64,000 nt of DNA. It comes from Candidatus Eiseniibacteriota bacterium (GTDB lineage: Bacteria > Eisenbacteria > RBG-16-71-46). The translations under genes were made by a program, and so were the position numbers. Positions 27,730 to 40,123 of this stretch are shown here, in pieces (the first letter of the stretch is position 1; the number at the start of each line of letters is the position of its first letter). The DNA is taken from the NCBI GenBank assembly GCA_013140805.1, contig JABFRW010000055.1, forward strand, positions 4,102-68,101, in the 5' to 3' direction. The notes below the pieces were generated by a model. It did not search any database. It was given only the letters and a program-made list of their open reading frames with translations, and was not told the DNA's origin.

Positions 27730-27867
27730 CGACCCACCCTCCCTGGAGGACGCGAGACCGTCGGAGCTGGCAGAACAGACCCTGCGTCTCGACGGCGGAG
27801 TTCCTGGGGGATTATCGGCCGGTGGCGGGCCGAGGTTCACCGGGGCGTGGCGCCCCGCAACGACACG

Positions 27868-29585
<1,718 letters not shown>

Positions 29586-29700
29586 GGCGGTCCTCCGAAT
29601 TGACTGGGGCCCGAATCCGGCCCTCGGGGTGGATTTGCAGGCTTGGACTGTCGAACCCGGGAAAGGGTTGCTTTGGGCCGCGCAGATTCCGGCCGGCTGG

Positions 29701-32700
29701 CTAGTGCTCCCCGGCACCCGCCCGAAGCTCTGCCGCCTCTCGCGTCACTCCGCAGGCGTCGAACAGGGCCATCGCCCGCTCCCGCTCGGCCGCCGCCTCG
29801 GCGCTTCGGCCGGCGGCCTCGAGTGCTCTCGACCGTGCCCCCCGCACCCGCGCCGCCTCGATCCGGATCCCATGCGGCTCAAACGCCGCCAGCGCCTGGT
29901 CGTACGCCGAGATCGCCTGGTCGAACTGCGCGCGAGTGGCCGCAAGCAGGCCGAACGCCAGGTGCGAGAGCCCGAGCCCAAAGATCAGCCCGAGACGGTT
30001 GCTCAGTTCGAGGGCGACGTTCGCGTGCTGTTCGGCCATGTCGAACCGGCCGCACAGGGTCGCCGCCATCGAGGCGGTCGCCTGGCATTGATCCATCGAG
30101 ACCAGATTCTCGGTCCCTCTGCGGACCTCGATCGACTCGATCGCCGCCGCATACGCGGCCTCCCCGTTGCCCTTGCGCAGCTCGAGCTGCGCGCGCGCCA
30201 GCGCGACGACCGCCAGCGTCAGGCCGTGACCGAGCTGCCGAGCACGCTCCGCGCCATCGCGCAGCAAGGCCTCGGCCTCGGGCTCACGATTGCGTTCCCA
30301 CAGCATCCAGGCGTGGTTGAGCGACAGGATGCAGGTCAACCGGGACTCACCGATCTCCGCCGCCAGCTGGTAGGCGCGCTCCCCGTATCCGATCGCCTCC
30401 ACGAGGTCGCCGAGCTGCGACAAGGACCACATCACGCACCAGCCACCCCACGCCTCGCGGTCGAGCGAGCCGGTGCGCTCGCCAATCCGCAGGTCCGCGT
30501 GCGCGTGCTCGAGCCCTTCGCGAAAGCGCCCGATGCTGTTGAGGTCCTCCGCCATGAACTCGTGGCCCGAGGCTTCGAATCCGGGCAGCCTGGCCTCGCG
30601 TCCTGCGTCGACGCACAGCTGCGCCCAGCGCATGCTCTCTTCGAACTCGCACAGGTGCTGATGTGAGCCCGCGAGAAACGGCACGATCGCGAACTTGACC
30701 CACGGCGCATTCTCGATCCCGGGCGTCGCGAGCGCTTCGTGCAGCAGCGCGATCGCGCGCCGATGCTCCATGCGGTAGTGGTGAATGCGCGCGATGTTGC
30801 CCTTGACGATCGCCAGCTCGAACGGCTGAGTCGCGGGGTCCAGTTCGCGGTTCGCGGCGGCCAGATAGGCTTCGCCCTCCGCGCGCCCCACGCGCACGCA
30901 TGCTTCGCCCGCGATCGCGTTGATCCGGCCGCGCTCGGTCGCCGTGGTGCAGAGCTTGAGCGCCTCCTCGCAGGTGCGCAGCGTGGTCGGCGTATCGCCG
31001 CGCAGCGAATGCGCCATCGCGAGTGCGCGCAGCGCAACCAGGAGGCGCGCCGGATCGTTCAACGCTTCCGCGCACTCGCGCGCGCGCTCTCCGTACTGGG
31101 CCGCCTCGTCGAGTGCGAACACGTGCTGGGCGCGCTCGGCCGCCGCCGTCGTCCACTGGTAGGCGCGCTCGAGGTCGCCGCTATGCATGAAGTGAAATGC
31201 CAGATCTTCGACGCGCGACGGCTCGCGCGCCTCGATCGCCTCGCCGATGCGCTGGTGCGATCGCCGACGCCGTACCGGATTCTGCTCTTCGTAGAGCACT
31301 TCGCGAATCTTGTCGTGCGTGAACGCGAAGGTCTCGTTCTCGCGCGCCACCATGAGCTGCGCGGTGGCCGCTTCGTCGAGGGCGTCGAGCAGCGCGTCCT
31401 CGGAGCGCTCCGACGAGGCGGCCAGATCCGCGAACGCGAAGGTCTTGCCGAGCACCGCCGCGACGTGGAGCGTTTCGATGCATTCGCGACTCAACTTGTC
31501 GAGGCGCCGGCCAATCGCCGCCTTCACACTCTGCGGGATCGCCAGCTCGTGGACCGCGCGGCGCTGCCACTCACCGCCCTCGCGGTAGATCTCGCCCTGA
31601 TCGATCAGCGACTTGACCACTTCCTCGATGAAGAACGGATTGCCCTCGGTCTCGCGATGGATGACCTCGCCGAAGTCGGCCGTCACCGACTCCTGCCCCA
31701 TCAACGTCGCGAGCAGCGCGTCGGTGTCGGCGCGCCCCAGCCGGCCGAGCGCGATGCGCGTCGCGATGCGCTCGCGATTCCACTCGACCAGCGCAGCCGC
31801 GAGCGGATGCGCGCGATCCAGCTCGACCTCGCGATAGGCCGCAAGCATCAGCACGCGCGAATCGCCGAGCTGACGCAGCAGGTAGCGCAGCAGTCCGAGC
31901 GTGCCGGTATCCGCCCACTGCACGTCGTCGAGCATCACCACCAATCCGCGCGCGGCCGCGAGCGCGCGCAGGAAGCGCGCGAACGCGTCGAACAGGCGCA
32001 GTCGCTCCTCGTGCGGAGCCAGCGACGAAATCGGTGGGTAGGGCCCGAGGCGCGCGTTGATCTCGGGCACCAGGCGCGCCAGTTCCTCGGCCGCATCGCC
32101 GAGTCCGCTCCGCATCGATTCGGCGCTGCGTCCACGCGCCCACGCCGACAGCGCCTCGACGAACGGCAGATAGGGCGTGGTGGCTTCGAACTCGTAGCAG
32201 CCGCCCATCAGCACCGCGGCCCCGTCGACGCGCGCGGCCACGATCAGCTCGCGCGCGAAGCGCGTCTTGCCGACCCCCGGCTCGCCCGACACCAGCGCAA
32301 GCTGCGCGCGCCCCGCGAGTGCCGAACGCCACACCTCGCGCAGGCGCTCGAACTCGCTGGCGCGCCCCACCATGCGGCCCCGCACCAGCTGGTCGAGCAG
32401 CGTGGTCGCGGGCTCCGCGTTCGCTTCGACCGCGGGCAGCGTGCAGATGCGCTCCAGCTCTTTCGCGGCTTCGGCCGCCGTGGCGAAGCGTTGCTCCGGC
32501 GCCTTGGCGAGCAGCCGCAACACGAAGCGTTCGAGCGCCGGCGATAGATCGGGCCGAAACGCGCGCGGCGGCGACGGCGGCGAATGCAGATGCTGCGAGA
32601 TCACGGCGAGCGCATCGGAGCCGGTGAACGGCAGGCGACCTGCGATCAGCTCGTAGAGCAGCACCCCGAGCGCGTAGAGGTCGGCGCGGCCGTCGATCTC

Positions 32701-33294
32701 GCCGCCGAGCGCCTGCTCGGGTGACAGGTAGTTCGCGGTGCCGAGGATGGTGCCCTGCGCGGTCTCGGAGCCGCTCGCGCTCGCGCGCGCGACACCGAGA
32801 TCCGAGAGCTTGATGCGCGGTGTTTCGACAGGCCCGGTCGCCAGCAGGTTCTCGGGCTTCAAGTCGCGATGCACCACGCCGTGGGCGTGCGCGTGGGCGA
32901 GTGCGTCGAGCACCTGCTTCGCGACCACCACCGCGCCTTCGGTGGTGCGCGGCGGACGCTCGCGCAGGTTCTCTCCCAGCACCAGCTCCATGACGAGATA
33001 CGGCTGGACGCCGTCCTCGCCGGCATCGTGTACCGCCACGATGTGCGGATGATTGAGCGACGCCGCGATGCGCGCTTCGCGCAGCAGCCGGGCGCGACCC
33101 GCGGTGTCGAACGCGGCCGGCGAGACGACCTTCACCGCGACGTCGCGCGCGAGCTGCGGGTCGTGCGCACGCCACACCTCGCCCATGCCGCCGCGCCCCA
33201 GCCACGCGGTCAGGCGATAGCGCCCCGCGATGATGTCTCCGGCCTGCCGCGACGGCAGCGCGTTGATGGGAGTGGTCGGGTCGAACTCGCTCAT
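29701..33294 (-). CDS. Ser/Thr protein kinase fused to an AAA+/STAND ATPase and TPR repeats (PknK/AfsR-like regulator)
   Basis: MSEFDPTT...YRLTAWLGRGGMGEVWRA...VAVKVV...HRDLKPENLL...DLGVA (Hanks kinase). Then LALVSGEPGVGKTRFAREL (Walker A) and a long TPR/MalT-like C-terminus. ATG at 33294. Confidence 0.85.
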   Translation of the reverse strand: MSEFDPTTPINALPSRQAGDIIAGRYRLTAWLGRGGMGEVWRAHDPQLARDVAVKVVSPAAFDTAGRARLLREARIAASLNHPHIVAVHDAGEDGVQPYLVMELVLGENLRERPPRTTEGAVVVAKQVLDALAHAHAHGVVHRDLKPENLLATGPVETPRIKLSDLGVARASASGSETAQGTILGTANYLSPEQALGGEIDGRADLYALGVLLYELIAGRLPFTGSDALAVISQHLHSPPSPPRAFRPDLSPALERFVLRLLAKAPEQRFATAAEAAKELERICTLPAVEANAEPATTLLDQLVRGRMVGRASEFERLREVWRSALAGRAQLALVSGEPGVGKTRFARELIVAARVDGAAVLMGGCYEFEATTPYLPFVEALSAWARGRSAESMRSGLGDAAEELARLVPEINARLGPYPPISSLAPHEERLRLFDAFARFLRALAAARGLVVMLDDVQWADTGTLGLLRYLLRQLGDSRVLMLAAYREVELDRAHPLAAALVEWNRERIATRIALGRLGRADTDALLATLMGQESVTADFGEVIHRETEGNPFFIEEVVKSLIDQGEIYREGGEWQRRAVHELAIPQSVKAAIGRRLDKLSRECIETLHVAAVLGKTFAFADLAASSERSEDALLDALDEAATAQLMVARENETFAFTHDKIREVLYEEQNPVRRRRSHQRIGEAIEAREPSRVEDLAFHFMHSGDLERAYQWTTAAAERAQHVFALDEAAQYGERARECAEALNDPARLLVALRALAMAHSLRGDTPTTLRTCEEALKLCTTATERGRINAIAGEACVRVGRAEGEAYLAAANRELDPATQPFELAIVKGNIARIHHYRMEHRRAIALLHEALATPGIENAPWVKFAIVPFLAGSHQHLCEFEESMRWAQLCVDAGREARLPGFEASGHEFMAEDLNSIGRFREGLEHAHADLRIGERTGSLDREAWGGWCVMWSLSQLGDLVEAIGYGERAYQLAAEIGESRLTCILSLNHAWMLWERNREPEAEALLRDGAERARQLGHGLTLAVVALARAQLELRKGNGEAAYAAAIESIEVRRGTENLVSMDQCQATASMAATLCGRFDMAEQHANVALELSNRLGLIFGLGLSHLAFGLLAATRAQFDQAISAYDQALAAFEPHGIRIEAARVRGARSRALEAAGRSAEAAAERERAMALFDACGVTREAAELRAGAGEH

Positions 33295-33320
33295 GGCAAG
33301 ACACTGTAACCCGACCGGGG

Positions 33321-34625
33321 CTACACCACGCCCTCGAGCAATGAAGCGAGTCGCTTCATCCCTGCTTCGATCGCCTCGACCGAGACCGCACCCACCGACA
33401 GTCGCATCCACCCGTTCTCGCGCCGGAGCGCAAACGCCTGGAACGGGACGACGGCGAGCCCCGCTTCCTCGAGCAGCAGCCTTCGCAGGTCCTCGTTGGT
33501 GCGGATCTCGCGGCCCGCGACCGTACGACCGAACAGATCGAGGCGCATCGACAGGTAGAGCGTCCCCTCCGGTTCGACCGATTCGATCGGGAATCCGCGC
33601 TTCTGCAGCTGGGATAGCCCGCGGTGAAGTGCGCTGAGCCGCGCGCGAAGCCGCTCGTGCATCTCGGCGCGGAAGGCGGCGCAGGCGGGTGCGTCGTCGA
33701 GGAACTGCGCGATCGCGATCTGCTCCGCCTTGGGCGCCCACGCGCCGATGTGACCCAGCAGGTCCGAGAGCCGCGCGGCGACCGCGGGTGCGGCGAGCGC
33801 CCAGCCCACGCGCAGTCCGGTCGCGGCGAACGACTTCGAGGCGGCGTCGATCAGCACCGTGTAAGGCATCACCTCAGGCAGCAGCACCGGCGGTGCCGTC
33901 GCGCGGCCGTTCTCGAATGCGAGCAACCAGTACACCTGGTCGAACAACAGGAACACCAGCCGTTCGCCACGCGCCGAACGCCGCGCATTCTCGTCCACTA
34001 CGATTTTCGAGATCGCTCGCAGCACTTCGGGGTCCATCGTGGTGCCGGTCGGATTGAGCGGAGTCGAGAGCGAGATCAGCTGCACGTCGCCGATCACAGA
34101 CGCGACCTGCTCGGGCGTGGGGTGGAACGCATGCTCGCGCGTGACTTCCAGCGGCAGCGGCCTGGCGCCGGCCAGATACGCATAGTGGTTGTTGTTCCAC
34201 GACGGCACCGGGAACGCCACTGCGTCACCCCGATCGAGCAGCGCCAGGTAGCTGGCATAGATGAGCGGTCGCGCACCGCCCGCGATCACGACCGATTCGA
34301 TCGGGTAGTCGAGCCCGAGCTCGCGCTTGAAGAACCGCGCGACCGACTGACGCAGCTCGAGCACTCCGTTGGACGGCGGGTAGTTCGAGTGTCCGGCGGC
34401 CAGTGCTCTCGGGATTCCTTCGAGCAGCGCCTTCGGCAGAGGAAACTCGCGCGGATCGAAGTCGCCGACCGTGAGATTGCAGACCGGAGTGCCCGATGCG
34501 ACCAGCGCGCGCACCTCGGCGGCGATGCGCAACACCTCGGAGCCGATCAGCCCACGCGCGAGCTTCGAGAGCGAAGCGTCGGTGACGTCGCCGGCGGCAG
34601 ACGCGGTGCGGGCGTCCGGGCTCAC
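33321..34625 (-). CDS. PLP-dependent aminotransferase, class I/II
   Basis: ...NLTVGDFDPREFPLP...AGHSNYPPSNGVLELRQSVARFF...VLIDAASKSFAATGLRVGW (Lys in SKSF). GTG at 34625 overlaps the glyS stop (GTGA). Confidence 0.8.
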   Translation of the reverse strand: MSPDARTASAAGDVTDASLSKLARGLIGSEVLRIAAEVRALVASGTPVCNLTVGDFDPREFPLPKALLEGIPRALAAGHSNYPPSNGVLELRQSVARFFKRELGLDYPIESVVIAGGARPLIYASYLALLDRGDAVAFPVPSWNNNHYAYLAGARPLPLEVTREHAFHPTPEQVASVIGDVQLISLSTPLNPTGTTMDPEVLRAISKIVVDENARRSARGERLVFLLFDQVYWLLAFENGRATAPPVLLPEVMPYTVLIDAASKSFAATGLRVGWALAAPAVAARLSDLLGHIGAWAPKAEQIAIAQFLDDAPACAAFRAEMHERLRARLSALHRGLSQLQKRGFPIESVEPEGTLYLSMRLDLFGRTVAGREIRTNEDLRRLLLEEAGLAVVPFQAFALRRENGWMRLSVGAVSVEAIEAGMKRLASLLEGVV

Positions 34626-36763
34626 GCGCTTCGCTCGCCCTCGACCACGATGCGCGACAGATCCCAGCCGCGCAGGAACAGATCGCGTACCTCGGACAGC
34701 AGGCGCAGGCGATTGAGCCGCAGCCCGGCGTCTTCGGCGTTGACCATCACGGCGTCGAAGAAGCCGTGGATCGCGGTCTCGAGGCCGAGCAGCTCCGGCA
34801 GGATGAGATCGTACCCGCGCTTTTCCCAGAGTGGAGCGGTCACCTTGCGCGCCCGCTCGAGTGCCGCCAGCAGCTCGCGTTCGGCCGGTTCGGTGAGCCG
34901 CGCGGCATCGAGTGACGGCGGCAGCGTCTCGGTCGACTTGGTGAGAATGTTCGCGACCCGCTTGAACAGCACCACGAGCGGCTCGAAGCGCGGATCGGAG
35001 CGAAACGCGGCCAGGGTTCGCGCGCGCGTCAGGCAATCGCTCGGATCTACCCAGCCCGGGCGCGGCCGTGGCGCGCCCTCCATGACGATCTGGGCTTCGA
35101 GCGCGGCTTCGCGCGTGTCGTAGGCGATACCGCGCTCCTCGAGTGCGGCATCCACGCGACCGCGCCAGAACTCGCCCAGCTTCTTCACGATCTCGGCCTG
35201 CGCGAGCTCCGGATCGGCGGCGAACAGCACGCGCGTCATCTCCATGGTGGCGGCGCGCAGGTCGAGGTTCCAGCCGCGCTCGATCAGCAGTCGCAGCGCA
35301 CCGTTCGCTGCGCGACGCACGCCATACGGGTCTTCGCTCCCGCTTGGAATCTTGCCGGCCACGAAGGCACCCGCGATGTGGTCGAGCTTGTCCGCGAGCG
35401 ACAGCACCGCGCCGGCTTCGCTGGACGGCAACGCATCACTCGCCCCACGCGGCCGATAGTGCTCCGCAATCGCGACCGCGACCGCTTCGGGTTCGCCCGC
35501 CCGGCGCGCGTAGTGCCCGCCCATCACGCCCTCGAGGCTTGCGTACTCCTTGCCGCTGCCGATCATCTCGCCCAGCAGGTCGGTCTTGCACAGCAGTGCC
35601 GCGCGCTGAACGGTGGCGGTGGTCGCGGGCGCCAGGCGTGCCGCGAGCCACGTGGCGAGTTCGTCGAGGCGCGCGGCCTTCTCGCGCAACGTGCCGAGGC
35701 CTTCCATCCACACCACCGAGTCGAGCGCCGAGACGCGCTCGGCGGGCGCGTGCTTCAAGTCGGTGTCCCAGTAGAAACGCGCGTCCTCGAGCCGCGCGAC
35801 GAGCACGTCCTGATTGCCCTTGCGCACGAACTCGAGCCCGCGCTCGTCACCGTTTCGCACCGCCAGGAACAGTGGCATCAGCGCACCGTTCGCGTCTTCG
35901 ACCGAGAAGAAGCGCTGGTGCTCGCGCAGTGCGGTGATGATCACCTCGCGCGGCAGATCGAGATAGCGTGCGTCGAAGTGGCCGGCGAATACGGTCGCGC
36001 GCTCGACCTGGAAGTTGTTGATCTCGATCAGCTCGGGATCGACGACCACACGGCCGCGTTCGGCGCTCGCCACCGAATCGATCGCGGCGCCGAGACGAGC
36101 GGATCGCGCCGCGTGATCGACGATCACGTGCACGGATTCCAGCGACTTCGAATACGCATTCGCATCGATCACCTCGAGTGCCGCGGGCGCCAGAAATCGA
36201 TGCCCGTAGGTGATGCGACCGGCGACGAGTTGGAACGCCTGCACCGGCACAACGTCCGCGCCGAGCAGGCACAACAGCCAGCGCACCGGACGCGCGAAAC
36301 GTGTGTCGTCGTCGAGCCACCGCATGCTCTTCGGGAACTGGATGCGGGTGGCAAGCGTCGCGAGTGCCGCCGGCAGGACTTCGATCGCGTGCTGACCGAT
36401 GCGATGCACGGTCACTGCGACGTATTCGCCCTTCGGAGTCTCCACGCGACGCACCTGCGACACGTCGACGCCGCGACCGGTGCAGAATCCGAGCAGCGCC
36501 TTGGTCGGCTTGCCCTCGGCATCGAAAGCGGCTTTGACCGCGGGGCCCATCAGCTCTTCGTCGAGGTCCGGCTGGCGATCCGCGATCGCTCGCACCGAGA
36601 GCACCAGTCGGCGGGGCGTGCCCCAGGTCTCGATCGCGCCGTGCGTGAGTCGCAGTTCGCGAAGCATGGCGTGCGCCGCGACCTCGATCTGCTCGAGAGC
36701 CGGCGGCACGTAGCCGGCCGGGATTTCCTCGACGCCGATCTCGAACAACAGGTCGCGAATCAC
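34622..36763 (-). CDS. glyS: Glycine--tRNA ligase beta subunit
   Basis: [25 protein letters not shown]... is a typical GlyS N-terminus; about 713 aa. GTG at 36763 overlaps the glyQ stop (GTGA). Confidence 0.9.
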   Translation of the reverse strand: MIRDLLFEIGVEEIPAGYVPPALEQIEVAAHAMLRELRLTHGAIETWGTPRRLVLSVRAIADRQPDLDEELMGPAVKAAFDAEGKPTKALLGFCTGRGVDVSQVRRVETPKGEYVAVTVHRIGQHAIEVLPAALATLATRIQFPKSMRWLDDDTRFARPVRWLLCLLGADVVPVQAFQLVAGRITYGHRFLAPAALEVIDANAYSKSLESVHVIVDHAARSARLGAAIDSVASAERGRVVVDPELIEINNFQVERATVFAGHFDARYLDLPREVIITALREHQRFFSVEDANGALMPLFLAVRNGDERGLEFVRKGNQDVLVARLEDARFYWDTDLKHAPAERVSALDSVVWMEGLGTLREKAARLDELATWLAARLAPATTATVQRAALLCKTDLLGEMIGSGKEYASLEGVMGGHYARRAGEPEAVAVAIAEHYRPRGASDALPSSEAGAVLSLADKLDHIAGAFVAGKIPSGSEDPYGVRRAANGALRLLIERGWNLDLRAATMEMTRVLFAADPELAQAEIVKKLGEFWRGRVDAALEERGIAYDTREAALEAQIVMEGAPRPRPGWVDPSDCLTRARTLAAFRSDPRFEPLVVLFKRVANILTKSTETLPPSLDAARLTEPAERELLAALERARKVTAPLWEKRGYDLILPELLGLETAIHGFFDAVMVNAEDAGLRLNRLRLLSEVRDLFLRGWDLSRIVVEGERSA

Positions 36764-37815
36764 GCGCCACCCCCCGTCGAGTCGGCCGCGGCGCCGCTCT
36801 TCGGCGCATCCGCCTTCGCGCCCTTCCTGCCGCCCTTCGCGCGCTCCTGCTGCTCGCGATAGACCGTCAGCCAGCGCTCGCGCTCGGACGCGTCGACAAT
36901 CAGCGGATAGCCGAGCTCGGCACGCAGATGGTGGTACGCGAGGGCCGCGAGGCGCGCGATCTTCCGCACGCGCCCGATGTAGCCGACGCGTTCGCTCACC
37001 GAGATCGCGCCGCGCGCATCGAGCAGATTGAAGAGATGCGAGCACTTGATCACCGCGTCGTAGCCGGGCGCCACCAGCTTGAGGTCCAGCAGTCGCGTGG
37101 CTTCGCGCTCCCAGATCTTGAACATCGCGAACAGGTCATCGACCGGCGCCTGATCGAAGTTGTAGTGCGACCACTCCCATTCGTTGCGCACCCACAGGTC
37201 GCCCCACGTCACCGCCGGAGCGATCACCGCTCCGCCGGCATCGCGGCGCTCCGGCGCCCACGCCAGATCCTGAACGCGGTCCTTCTGCTGCAGCATCATG
37301 CCGATGCGATCGAGTCCGTAGGTCAGCTCAGCCGAGATGAGCGGCAACTCGAGTCCACCGCACTGCTGGAAGTAGGTGAACTGAGAGATCTCGGTGCCGT
37401 CCATCAGCACCTGCCAGCCCAGCCCCGCAGCACCCAGCGTCGGCGACTCCCAGTCGTCCTCGACCAGTCGCAGGTCGTGCTCGCGCGGCTCGAAGCCGAT
37501 CGCTCGCAGCGACTCGAAATAGAGCTCGACCACGTCGCCGGGCGAGGGCTTGAGCAGCACCTGGTACTGGAAGAACTGCTGGAAACGGTTGGGGTTCTCA
37601 CCGTAGCGGCCGTCTTTGGGGCGTCGCGAGGGCTCGACGAATGCCACCCGCCACGGCTCGGGCCCGAGCGAGCGAAGGAACGTGGCCGGGTTGAACGTGC
37701 CGGCGCCGACCTCGGACGGATACGGATGCTGGATCACGCAGCCGCGCTCGGCCCAGAACGTCTCGAGCGCGAGCATCATGGCCTGCAGGCTTCGTTTGGG
37801 GTCGAGCAAGGACAT
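36760..37815 (-). CDS. glyQ: Glycine--tRNA ligase alpha subunit
   Basis: ...[69 protein letters not shown]..., nearly identical in pattern to E. coli GlyQ. Start at 37815 (MSLLD...) or 37869. Confidence 0.9.
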   Translation of the reverse strand: MSLLDPKRSLQAMMLALETFWAERGCVIQHPYPSEVGAGTFNPATFLRSLGPEPWRVAFVEPSRRPKDGRYGENPNRFQQFFQYQVLLKPSPGDVVELYFESLRAIGFEPREHDLRLVEDDWESPTLGAAGLGWQVLMDGTEISQFTYFQQCGGLELPLISAELTYGLDRIGMMLQQKDRVQDLAWAPERRDAGGAVIAPAVTWGDLWVRNEWEWSHYNFDQAPVDDLFAMFKIWEREATRLLDLKLVAPGYDAVIKCSHLFNLLDARGAISVSERVGYIGRVRKIARLAALAYHHLRAELGYPLIVDASERERWLTVYREQQERAKGGRKGAKADAPKSGAAADSTGGGA

Positions 37816-37919
37816 CGGGAGCGGCTCTCGGGGTCGATCGGACGGTTCCGGGTTCTCGAAGCCGCGCATGCTATCATGGACGAAAAAGCTCTTGCCTTCC
37901 GCCGCGCGCCGCGTTTTAC

Positions 37920-37935
37920 TTAACCACATGGTTAA
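37920..37935. promoter_or_regulatory. Perfect 7-2-7 inverted repeat TTAACCA-CA-TGGTTAA spanning the ArsR start codon (candidate autoregulatory operator)
   Basis: ttaaccacATGgttaa. The ATG of the ArsR-family gene lies inside the palindrome, in an otherwise GC-rich context. Confidence 0.5.
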
Positions 37936-38413
37936 CTATCAGCCGGCTTCACTCGACGCCGCGTTCGCCGCCCTCGCCGACCCCACCCGTCGCGCGATCC
38001 TCGAACGTCTGGCCCGTTCCGCCGCGACCGTGAGCGAACTCGCGGATCCGTTCGACATGTCGCTCCCCGCGGTCTCCAAGCACCTGCGGGTGCTTGAGAA
38101 CGCGGGTCTGCTCGCCCGCCGCATCGAGGGGCGCACGCATCGCATCGTGCTCTCGACGGCGCCACTCGATGAAGTCACGCGATGGCTCGAGCAGCATCGC
38201 CGCTTCTGGGAATCCCGCCTCGACGCTCTCGAGAAGTTCCTCGCGGAGACGCGTCCGAAACAGGAGAAATCATGGCCACTCAACCCACCACCATCACCCT
38301 CCGAATCGAGCGCACGCTCGCGGCGGCACCCGAGCGGGTCTTCGACGCGTGGACGCAAACCGAAGCGCTCGCGCGCTGGTTCGCGCCGGCGAAAGAATTC
38401 ACCACCGTCGTGA
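37928..38413 (+). CDS. ArsR/SmtB-family transcriptional regulator
   Basis: [75 protein letters not shown] (winged HTH). The ORF runs on as a low-complexity Arg/Ser-rich tail to 38413 and overlaps the next gene by about 140 bp, so the real C-terminus is uncertain. Confidence 0.75.
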   Translation: MVNYQPASLDAAFAALADPTRRAILERLARSAATVSELADPFDMSLPAVSKHLRVLENAGLLARRIEGRTHRIVLSTAPLDEVTRWLEQHRRFWESRLDALEKFLAETRPKQEKSWPLNPPPSPSESSARSRRHPSGSSTRGRKPKRSRAGSRRRKNSPPS

Positions 38414-38721
38414 CACAGCTGGATGCGCGGCCGGGGGGGCACTTTCGCTGGGAGATGCACTCGCCGGACGGCAAGGTCTTCGCTCCGACCGGCGTGTTCC
38501 AGGAAGTCACCCGCCCCACCAGGCTCGTGATGACCTGGCACTGGGAGCATCAGCCCGCCGATCTCGTGACGCTGCTCACGATCGAGCTGTTCCCGGATCG
38601 TGCGGGCACCCGGCTGGTGCTGACGCACGAGCGCTTCAACACCGAGGCGGAGCGCGAGGAGCACAACAAGGGCTGGACCGGATGCCTCGCCCAGCTCGAA
38701 GCCGCGATGGCGATTCGCTAG
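38272..38721 (+). CDS. SRPBCC-superfamily / AHSA1 (activator of Hsp90 ATPase homolog) domain protein
   Basis: [39 protein letters not shown]...GGHFRWEM...VMTWHW... is the AHSA1/START-like pattern that often follows ArsR regulators. Confidence 0.75.
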   Translation: MATQPTTITLRIERTLAAAPERVFDAWTQTEALARWFAPAKEFTTVVTQLDARPGGHFRWEMHSPDGKVFAPTGVFQEVTRPTRLVMTWHWEHQPADLVTLLTIELFPDRAGTRLVLTHERFNTEAEREEHNKGWTGCLAQLEAAMAIR

Positions 38722-38775
38722 TTCACACCACACACCGGCGCTTCCCGCGCCTGACTCACTCGAAGGGAGCACGAC

Positions 38776-39300
38776 ATGTCGATGTCCGATGCGCTGTATT
38801 CGGAACTTGAACAGGAAGCCGCGACCACCCGCCGCATGCTCGAACGCGTGCCGGGCGACCAGCTCGGCTGGCGGCCGCATCCCCGGTCACGCACGCTGGG
38901 CCAGCTCGCAATGCATGTCGCGGGCGTTCCCGGAGCGCTCGCCGAGCTTTCGCATCTCGACACCTTTCAGTTCGAAAACGGTCCGCCCGAGGTGGATCCC
39001 GGAAACGTGAAGGAGATCCTCGATGCCTTCGACACCAGCATGGCGCGCGCGAAGGAACACCTGGGCCGCATGGACGATCGCAAGATCATGGAAACCTGGA
39101 CGGGTACGCTGGGCGGCAAGCCCGTCTTCGCGGTGCCGCGCATCGGACTGTTGCGCGCGATCATGCTGAATCACACCTACCACCATCGCGGACAGCTGTC
39201 CGTCTATCTGCGCGAACTGAACGTGCCGGTGCCGTCGATCTATGGTCCGTCGGCCGACGAGAATCCGTTCGCCATGGCCACCGAGGCGATGAGGGCCTGA
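38776..39300 (+). CDS. DinB/YfiT-like (DinB_2) metal-dependent hydrolase superfamily protein
   Basis: ...LGQLAMHVAGVPGALAEL...HTYHHRGQLSVYLREL, with the His triad pattern typical of the DinB_2 fold. Confidence 0.7.
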   Translation: MSMSDALYSELEQEAATTRRMLERVPGDQLGWRPHPRSRTLGQLAMHVAGVPGALAELSHLDTFQFENGPPEVDPGNVKEILDAFDTSMARAKEHLGRMDDRKIMETWTGTLGGKPVFAVPRIGLLRAIMLNHTYHHRGQLSVYLRELNVPVPSIYGPSADENPFAMATEAMRA

Positions 39301-39318
39301 CCGTCGCTCGCCCCGCAT

Positions 39319-39344
39319 GCGGCTCGGCCGATCGGTCGAGCCGC
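39319..39344. terminator. Strong palindromic hairpin between convergent DinB-like and recO genes
   Basis: GCGGCTCG-gccgatcggt-CGAGCCGC: 8-bp GC stem, and the loop is itself palindromic. Followed by TT on the plus strand. Confidence 0.4.
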
Positions 39345-39348
39345 TTCG

Positions 39349-40119
39349 CTACTGCTCTTCCCCGCTTCGCAGCGACTTCAGCATTTCCAGCGAACGCAGT
39401 CCCTGAAAGCGCTGGAAGTGATGACGGTAGAACGCCTCGACTGCCTTCAGAAGTTCGCCCGCTCGCTGTACCTCGGCGAACTGGCCGGCCTCCTCGACGG
39501 GCCGCGTGAGCAGCAGCGACAGCCCGGCCAGTGCATCGGCCGACAGCAGGATCGAGCCGGCCTCGAGTGCCGCGCAGCGGTCGCACAACATGCCTCCTCG
39601 CACCGGCGAGAACACGCGGCGCGGCGAGATCGGCTGGCCGCACGAGGCGCAGCGGTCCAACCGCGGGCGATAGCCGAGCAGGCTCGCGACCTGGAGCTGA
39701 TAGGCGAGCGTCACCGCCGCCAGCGCGCCGATCGGTGCACGCTCGAGCTGGCCGAGTGTCGCGCGCAGCAGGTCGTAGAGTTCGGCGTGCGGCTCCTCTC
39801 CCCACACCAGCCGATCGATCAGTTCGAGCGCGGCTTCGGCATGCGCGAGCCGTTCGAGACTTCCGATCGAACTTCCCATCGCTTCGATGGTTTCGGCCTG
39901 CGAGACGAGCTGCAGGTCGCGATCCGGCTTGTAATAGAGGACGAAGCGCGAGAACGACAGAGGCTCAAGCGCGAATCCGAACCGACTCGGCGCCTTGCGA
40001 GCACCCTTGGCGACCAGCTTGATGAGGCCCAGGTCGCGGGTGTAGACGACCACGATGCGGCTCGTGTCGCCGAGCGCGAAGGCGCGAATCACAACGCCCT
40101 CGGTCCGCGTGAGCGCCAT
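39349..40119 (-). CDS. recO: DNA repair protein RecO
   Basis: MALTRTEGVVIRAFALGDTSRIVVVYTRDLGLIKLVAKGARK... (OB fold) plus the C-terminal Zn-binding CASCG...CDRC. Confidence 0.9.
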   Translation of the reverse strand: MALTRTEGVVIRAFALGDTSRIVVVYTRDLGLIKLVAKGARKAPSRFGFALEPLSFSRFVLYYKPDRDLQLVSQAETIEAMGSSIGSLERLAHAEAALELIDRLVWGEEPHAELYDLLRATLGQLERAPIGALAAVTLAYQLQVASLLGYRPRLDRCASCGQPISPRRVFSPVRGGMLCDRCAALEAGSILLSADALAGLSLLLTRPVEEAGQFAEVQRAGELLKAVEAFYRHHFQRFQGLRSLEMLKSLRSGEEQ

Positions 40120-40123
40120 GCCT

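Noticed and set aside
30739-33304. Plus-strand 602-aa ORF and minus-strand 577-aa ORF
   Set aside because: They are antisense to, or off-frame within, the PknK-like kinase gene, and their translations are low-complexity Arg/Ala-rich.
35378-36862. 494-aa plus-strand ORF
   Set aside because: Antisense to glyS and GC-frame noise.
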